64,000 nucleotides of DNA from Deltaproteobacteria bacterium. GTDB lineage: Bacteria; Desulfobacterota; WTBG01; CAIYCZ01; CAIRTM01. Location of the stretch: the NCBI GenBank assembly GCA_024276465.1, contig JAJRXD010000065.1:562-64561 (forward strand), written 5' to 3'. The notes beneath the pieces are model-generated. The model was given only the letters and a program-made list of their open reading frames with translations. It was not told the DNA's origin and did not search any database. Below, piece by piece: positions 60,368-64,000 of this stretch. Both the position numbers and the translations under genes were made by a program. Every line of letters begins with the position of its first letter. The first letter of the stretch is position 1.

Positions 60368-60931
60368 TTATGCAGCTGTTTTCAATTGCCCCATTTCAGC
60401 AAGCAGGTGTTTCTGAAGGCGGTCAAGCCTGCCTGTTACACTCCCGTCAATCACATTCGTGCCTATGAAAATCTTTACCCCGCCAAGAACAGTTCTGTCA
60501 AGTTCATGCTCAACCTCAATTTTCTTTTTCAGTCTCTTTTCAAGTTCAGCTTTCATGCTTTCAATCTGCTCTGTTGTAAGCCCTGATGCTGAAATGACCT
60601 TTGCTCTTATAATTCCACGAAGCTTGTCCGAAGCAACCACATACTCCTTATAAATAAGTTCCAGTATTCTTTCCCTCTTCTTATGGATTATATAACAGAT
60701 AAACCTCTCAAGAAGATCAGGTATTTTCTCAGGAAACAATTCACGGAGAAGTTTTTTCTTGCGATCCCTGGAAATGGTTGGATTATAAAAAATCTCTGTT
60801 ACAGCTTTGTTTTCTTTAATAATTCCGTCAGCACTTTTGAGGGCATTAAGAACTTCATCGACACAATTCTTTGCTTTAGCCGCCTCAATGAGGCCCCGAA
60901 CGTAGCGAAGTGTTACCTTTCGTTCAATCAA
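60368..60931 (-). CDS. atpH: ATP synthase delta subunit
   Basis: RYVRGL, NPTI, LGGVKI..IDGSV motifs, plus operon position. Confidence 0.93.
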   Translation of the reverse strand: MIERKVTLRYVRGLIEAAKAKNCVDEVLNALKSADGIIKENKAVTEIFYNPTISRDRKKKLLRELFPEKIPDLLERFICYIIHKKRERILELIYKEYVVASDKLRGIIRAKVISASGLTTEQIESMKAELEKRLKKKIEVEHELDRTVLGGVKIFIGTNVIDGSVTGRLDRLQKHLLAEMGQLKTAA

Positions 60932-61436
60932 CTTTCATCCTTCCAACTTCTTTAATAACATCATCAACAAGCTTTTCAGCTTCACTGCTCGAAATGGTTT
61001 TCCTGACAATTCGCGAAGCAATCTCAACTGATATGCTTACCACATCACCACGGATTTCCGATATGACTTTTTTCTTTTCCTGCTCAATCTCGGCAAGCCC
61101 TTTATCCTTTATCTGGGCAGTTTCCTGCCGCGTTTTTTCAATAATCTCCTGGCCTGCCCTCTCAGCTTTTTGTTTTGCAGTTTGAATTACATCATCCGCT
61201 TCTTTTCTTGCATCCAGAAGTTTTTGTTCATACTCTGCTTTCAGAGCCTGAACCTCCCCGCGAATATTTTCATTTTTTTCATAAGCGCCCTTAATCTCAT
61301 CCCCACGCTTCTGAATCATTTCCATAACCCTTCCGAACAGGAACTTTTTCAGCAATACATAGAGAATAAGAAACCCTACAAGCTGTATAAAAACAAGCTT
61401 AAAATTCAACCCTAACTGTTCTAATAAATCTTCCAT
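60924..61436 (-). CDS. atpF: ATP synthase b subunit
   Basis: N-terminal TM (IQLVGFLILYVLLKKFLF) followed by a coiled coil. Confidence 0.93.
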   Translation of the reverse strand: MEDLLEQLGLNFKLVFIQLVGFLILYVLLKKFLFGRVMEMIQKRGDEIKGAYEKNENIRGEVQALKAEYEQKLLDARKEADDVIQTAKQKAERAGQEIIEKTRQETAQIKDKGLAEIEQEKKKVISEIRGDVVSISVEIASRIVRKTISSSEAEKLVDDVIKEVGRMKVD

Positions 61437-61470
61437 AGATTGTCTTTATTAATTTAATGTAGTTAGCAGG

Positions 61471-61746
61471 TTAATGACTTAAAGCCTTAATAACTTCCAG
61501 AGCTTCTCCTGGAGCAGGAATTTTACCCATTAAAAGAATCCCGATAACAAGAGCATATATTGTAAGGGCCTCAATAAGAGCAGCTCCGATAATCAAAGTA
61601 GTACGGATTGTCCCGGCTGCTTCTGGCTGTCGCGCAGTTCCCTCCATTGCCGCAGCAACTGCCCGGCCTATACCGGCACCACCGGCCAGTGCTGCAAGTC
61701 CAAGTGCAAGACCAATACCTAATCCAATCATACCAAAATAAATCAT
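61471..61746 (-). CDS. atpE: ATP synthase c subunit (H+-type signature)
   Basis: GxGxG, ARQPE loop, IEALTIY. Lacks the Q...ES/T Na+ signature. Confidence 0.96.
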   Translation of the reverse strand: MIYFGMIGLGIGLALGLAALAGGAGIGRAVAAAMEGTARQPEAAGTIRTTLIIGAALIEALTIYALVIGILLMGKIPAPGEALEVIKALSH

Positions 61747-62012
61747 AATGCAAACCTCCCTTTGTAAATCGTTATTGAAAACCTAATTAAATAAACTATT
61801 AACTAACCCTGATAAACCTGAACCAAACAGATTGAAAAATTTGAAAATCAAATCGATTCAGTGAAGGAACAGCATGTTGCAAGTTAGGAGTTGCGTGTTA
61901 AAAACAGTCTTTAAGCCCGCAACTCCTAACGTTTGGTTAATCAGAGATAACACAAAATATTTTACCCCTAAACACAAAAAAATAACTTTTAAGAAACTGA
62001 AACAGGCCTCAG

Positions 62013-62834
62013 TTAGTGCTCCTCGTGATCTTCTGTTGCCAGACTTATATAAACTGCTGAAAGCAGTGTAAATACCGTTGCCTGAATAGTGCTGAACAGC
62101 AATGCCATAAAAATCATAATCACATGAAAAGGCAGGGGTATCCAGCCAAAAACAAACGGGGTAAGTGTTACAAGAAGGGCAAGGGTTAAATCCTCACCGG
62201 TTATATTGCCAAAGAGACGGACTGACAGAGAAACAGGCCTTGCTAAATCTCCGATTATATGGATTGGGAGCATGAGGGGAGCAAGAAAAAGCGGGTCCAC
62301 ATAATGTTTAAAATACTTAAGCCCCTGTACTTTTACTCCGGCAACATTATACGTGAAAAATACAGTTATGGCTAAGGCCAGCGTAGTGTTAATCATATTT
62401 GTCGGTGAATGCATGAAGGGAATAAGCCCCCAGAAGTTCATCAGGATTATATAAAGAAATAAAGTCCCCAGATAGGGTAAGAACTGAGCAGTTTGTTTCC
62501 CAAGTATATCATTGAAAAAGTCATAAAGACCCTCCACAATAATTTCAACAAATGCCTGTGCCCCCCTCGGGATCCTTTCCATCCTCCTGGTTGCCCAGAG
62601 AGAAAAACAGACCAGAACTATTCCAACCAGACAGGACATGAAAACAGGAAGCCATTCATGAAGGTTGAACCCGAAATATTCGTGGTGCATGTCCAGGCCC
62701 ATGAAATCAAGAAAAGAAGGAAGTTCAAGGGACTGCTCAGCAGCTTTTGCGACAGCCTCACCATGGGCTTCAGAACCTGCCAGAGCCTGACTGACAGCAG
62801 CAACTGCATGATCTGTGTTTCCTGCAGGGTTCAT
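62013..62834 (-). CDS. atpB: ATP synthase a subunit
   Basis: SPT..INTTLALA, RPVSLSVRLFGN, IQATVFTLLSAVYI motifs. Confidence 0.96.
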   Translation of the reverse strand: MNPAGNTDHAVAAVSQALAGSEAHGEAVAKAAEQSLELPSFLDFMGLDMHHEYFGFNLHEWLPVFMSCLVGIVLVCFSLWATRRMERIPRGAQAFVEIIVEGLYDFFNDILGKQTAQFLPYLGTLFLYIILMNFWGLIPFMHSPTNMINTTLALAITVFFTYNVAGVKVQGLKYFKHYVDPLFLAPLMLPIHIIGDLARPVSLSVRLFGNITGEDLTLALLVTLTPFVFGWIPLPFHVIMIFMALLFSTIQATVFTLLSAVYISLATEDHEEH

Positions 62835-63217
62835 TTATTTCACTATACTTTTAAAATGATCGGTTAAACCTTCAATTATTATTGCAATCTGAGTGACTGC
62901 TATGCCACAAACCAGAGCTATAGGATTAATGACAATGTTTTTAAAAACATACCAGAGCACAAAGCCAAGAATAATAAATTTCAGGACCGATACTGTTACG
63001 GCCATGGAAATCAGAAATGACCTTTTTTTTCTGCTTTTCTTCCTGACAAATATCTTAACTGTCCAGCACACAACAGCGTAAAAGCTGATGCTGATTACAG
63101 ACCCGATTATCAGTCCATAGGTTATGGTATCGTTACCTGCCGACAGTGAAGCCAGCAGCAGTACTGCTGACAGGACTACAGATAAAAAAAAATTCTTGCA
63201 GTAGGATTCAGGGCCAT
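62835..63217 (-). CDS. atpI: ATP synthase protein I, 5' end disrupted or ambiguous
   Basis: A four-TM frame is open from about 63229 but has no ATG. One extra T in the T9 run (63184-63192) would connect it to ATG 63217. Confidence 0.65.
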
Positions 63218-63226
63218 CAAAATTAA

Positions 63227-63478
63227 TTAATCATCATTATTTTGTTTTTTTTCGGTGTCACATACTTCTTTTGTTGACTGTATGAATTTAATGAACGCAC
63301 CTATCATAAACAGTATTAAAAAAATGAGCATAAACCATGGTTCTGTACCGAACCGCCGGTCAATGTAGCTGCCTACAAAGTACCCTGCAAAAATTGAGGC
63401 TCCCATCATCAGGCCAAAGCTGCCGACAAGTGTCACAGCCCGCAGGGGAGCTCTTAAACTTCTTTTTTTAGGTCGCAC
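63227..63478 (-). CDS. AtpZ/AtpI-family ATP synthase gene 1 protein
   Basis: GYFVGSYIDRRFGTEPWFMLIFLILF signature, first gene of the atp operon. Confidence 0.88.
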   Translation of the reverse strand: MRPKKRSLRAPLRAVTLVGSFGLMMGASIFAGYFVGSYIDRRFGTEPWFMLIFLILFMIGAFIKFIQSTKEVCDTEKKQNNDD

Positions 63479-63628
63479 AGAGCTTCAGGAAATTAGTTTG
63501 TCCGCTGTTGCGGTAAATTCAGGAAGATATAAAACAAAGCAGTATTTGTCAAGAAAATTAATCCAAAAAATTAAAAAAATTATTACATCCCCTTTTTTCT
63601 CTGATAGAAAAGATTGTTGTTATAAATG

Positions 63629-64000
63629 CTAAAAACTTATCTGCCTTTTCCTTTTGTAGCGCAAATTCTGAAGCAGGAGACCTATTATAAATCCAATCAG
63701 AACTGCCGAACTGCCAGCCGCAAACCACATTAAATTATTTTTTTTCCGGAGCTGTTCATTCTCCCGGACAAGTTCTGAAGCTCTGCGTTTGTCCCCTGTC
63801 ATTTCCTTTTTAAGTTTTTCATGATCTTCTTTGAGCTTCAAAAAGTCAGCACATGACATTTTAAGATCTTCATGCTCTTCCTCAAGGGTCGCGATTTTCC
63901 TTTCATTCATTTTTCCTGTTTTCTGCAGCGCTTTCTTTTCCTCTTTCAGTTTGCGTATTTTTTCCGACAAGGTGCTTTTATCTTCTCTGAGTCCTTTCAA
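63629..64000 (-). CDS. C-terminal part of a coiled-coil protein with a TM anchor (TIGR04211 SH3-protein-like), truncated by the window edge
   Basis: Heptad-rich coiled coil followed by WFAAGSSAVLIGFIIGLLL and a basic tail. Confidence 0.6.
   Translation of the reverse strand: MKGLREDKSTLSEKIRKLKEEKKALQKTGKMNERKIATLEEEHEDLKMSCADFLKLKEDHEKLKKEMTGDKRRASELVRENEQLRKKNNLMWFAAGSSAVLIGFIIGLLLQNLRYKRKRQISF

Noticed and set aside
61471-61746. Na+-translocating or N-type ATPase
   Set aside because: The c subunit lacks the Q/ES(T) Na+ ligands and the gene order is the standard F-type, not atpDCQRBEFAG.

Overview
AT-rich bacterial chromosome segment, most likely from a deltaproteobacterial (Desulfobacterota-like) organism, inferred from split RdgC, MglA, a TIGR02266-type PilZ and the repeat families. 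Housekeeping content: EF-G paralogue, radA, psd, purM, secA-argJ, trpF, trxB, serS with tRNA-Ser(TGA) and tRNA-Ser(GCT), tRNA-Met, asnS and a complete atp operon. Other loci: a four-gene TPR / MglA GTPase / membrane TPR-Zn finger / DUF4388-MshEN operon (the best candidate for an undescribed polarity or pilus-control module), batCDE without batAB, a TonB receptor-YfiR-kinase-c-di-GMP signalling operon, and a sigma54-type amtB-glnK-porin operon whose adjacent activator gene survives only as an HTH remnant. Intergenic regions carry many MITE/REP-like elements, including a 215-bp structured element in two copies, and an orphan NrdR-box/DnaA-box cluster. Several genes carry single lesions: in-frame TGA in serS, in-frame TAG in a MORN gene, Walker-B D->Y in atpD, and homopolymer frameshifts. 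These are most simply explained as G->T and homopolymer consensus errors, so recoding ideas need read-level checks. No CRISPR array, rRNA or intact transposase was seen. All family assignments are by motif recognition, without database searches.
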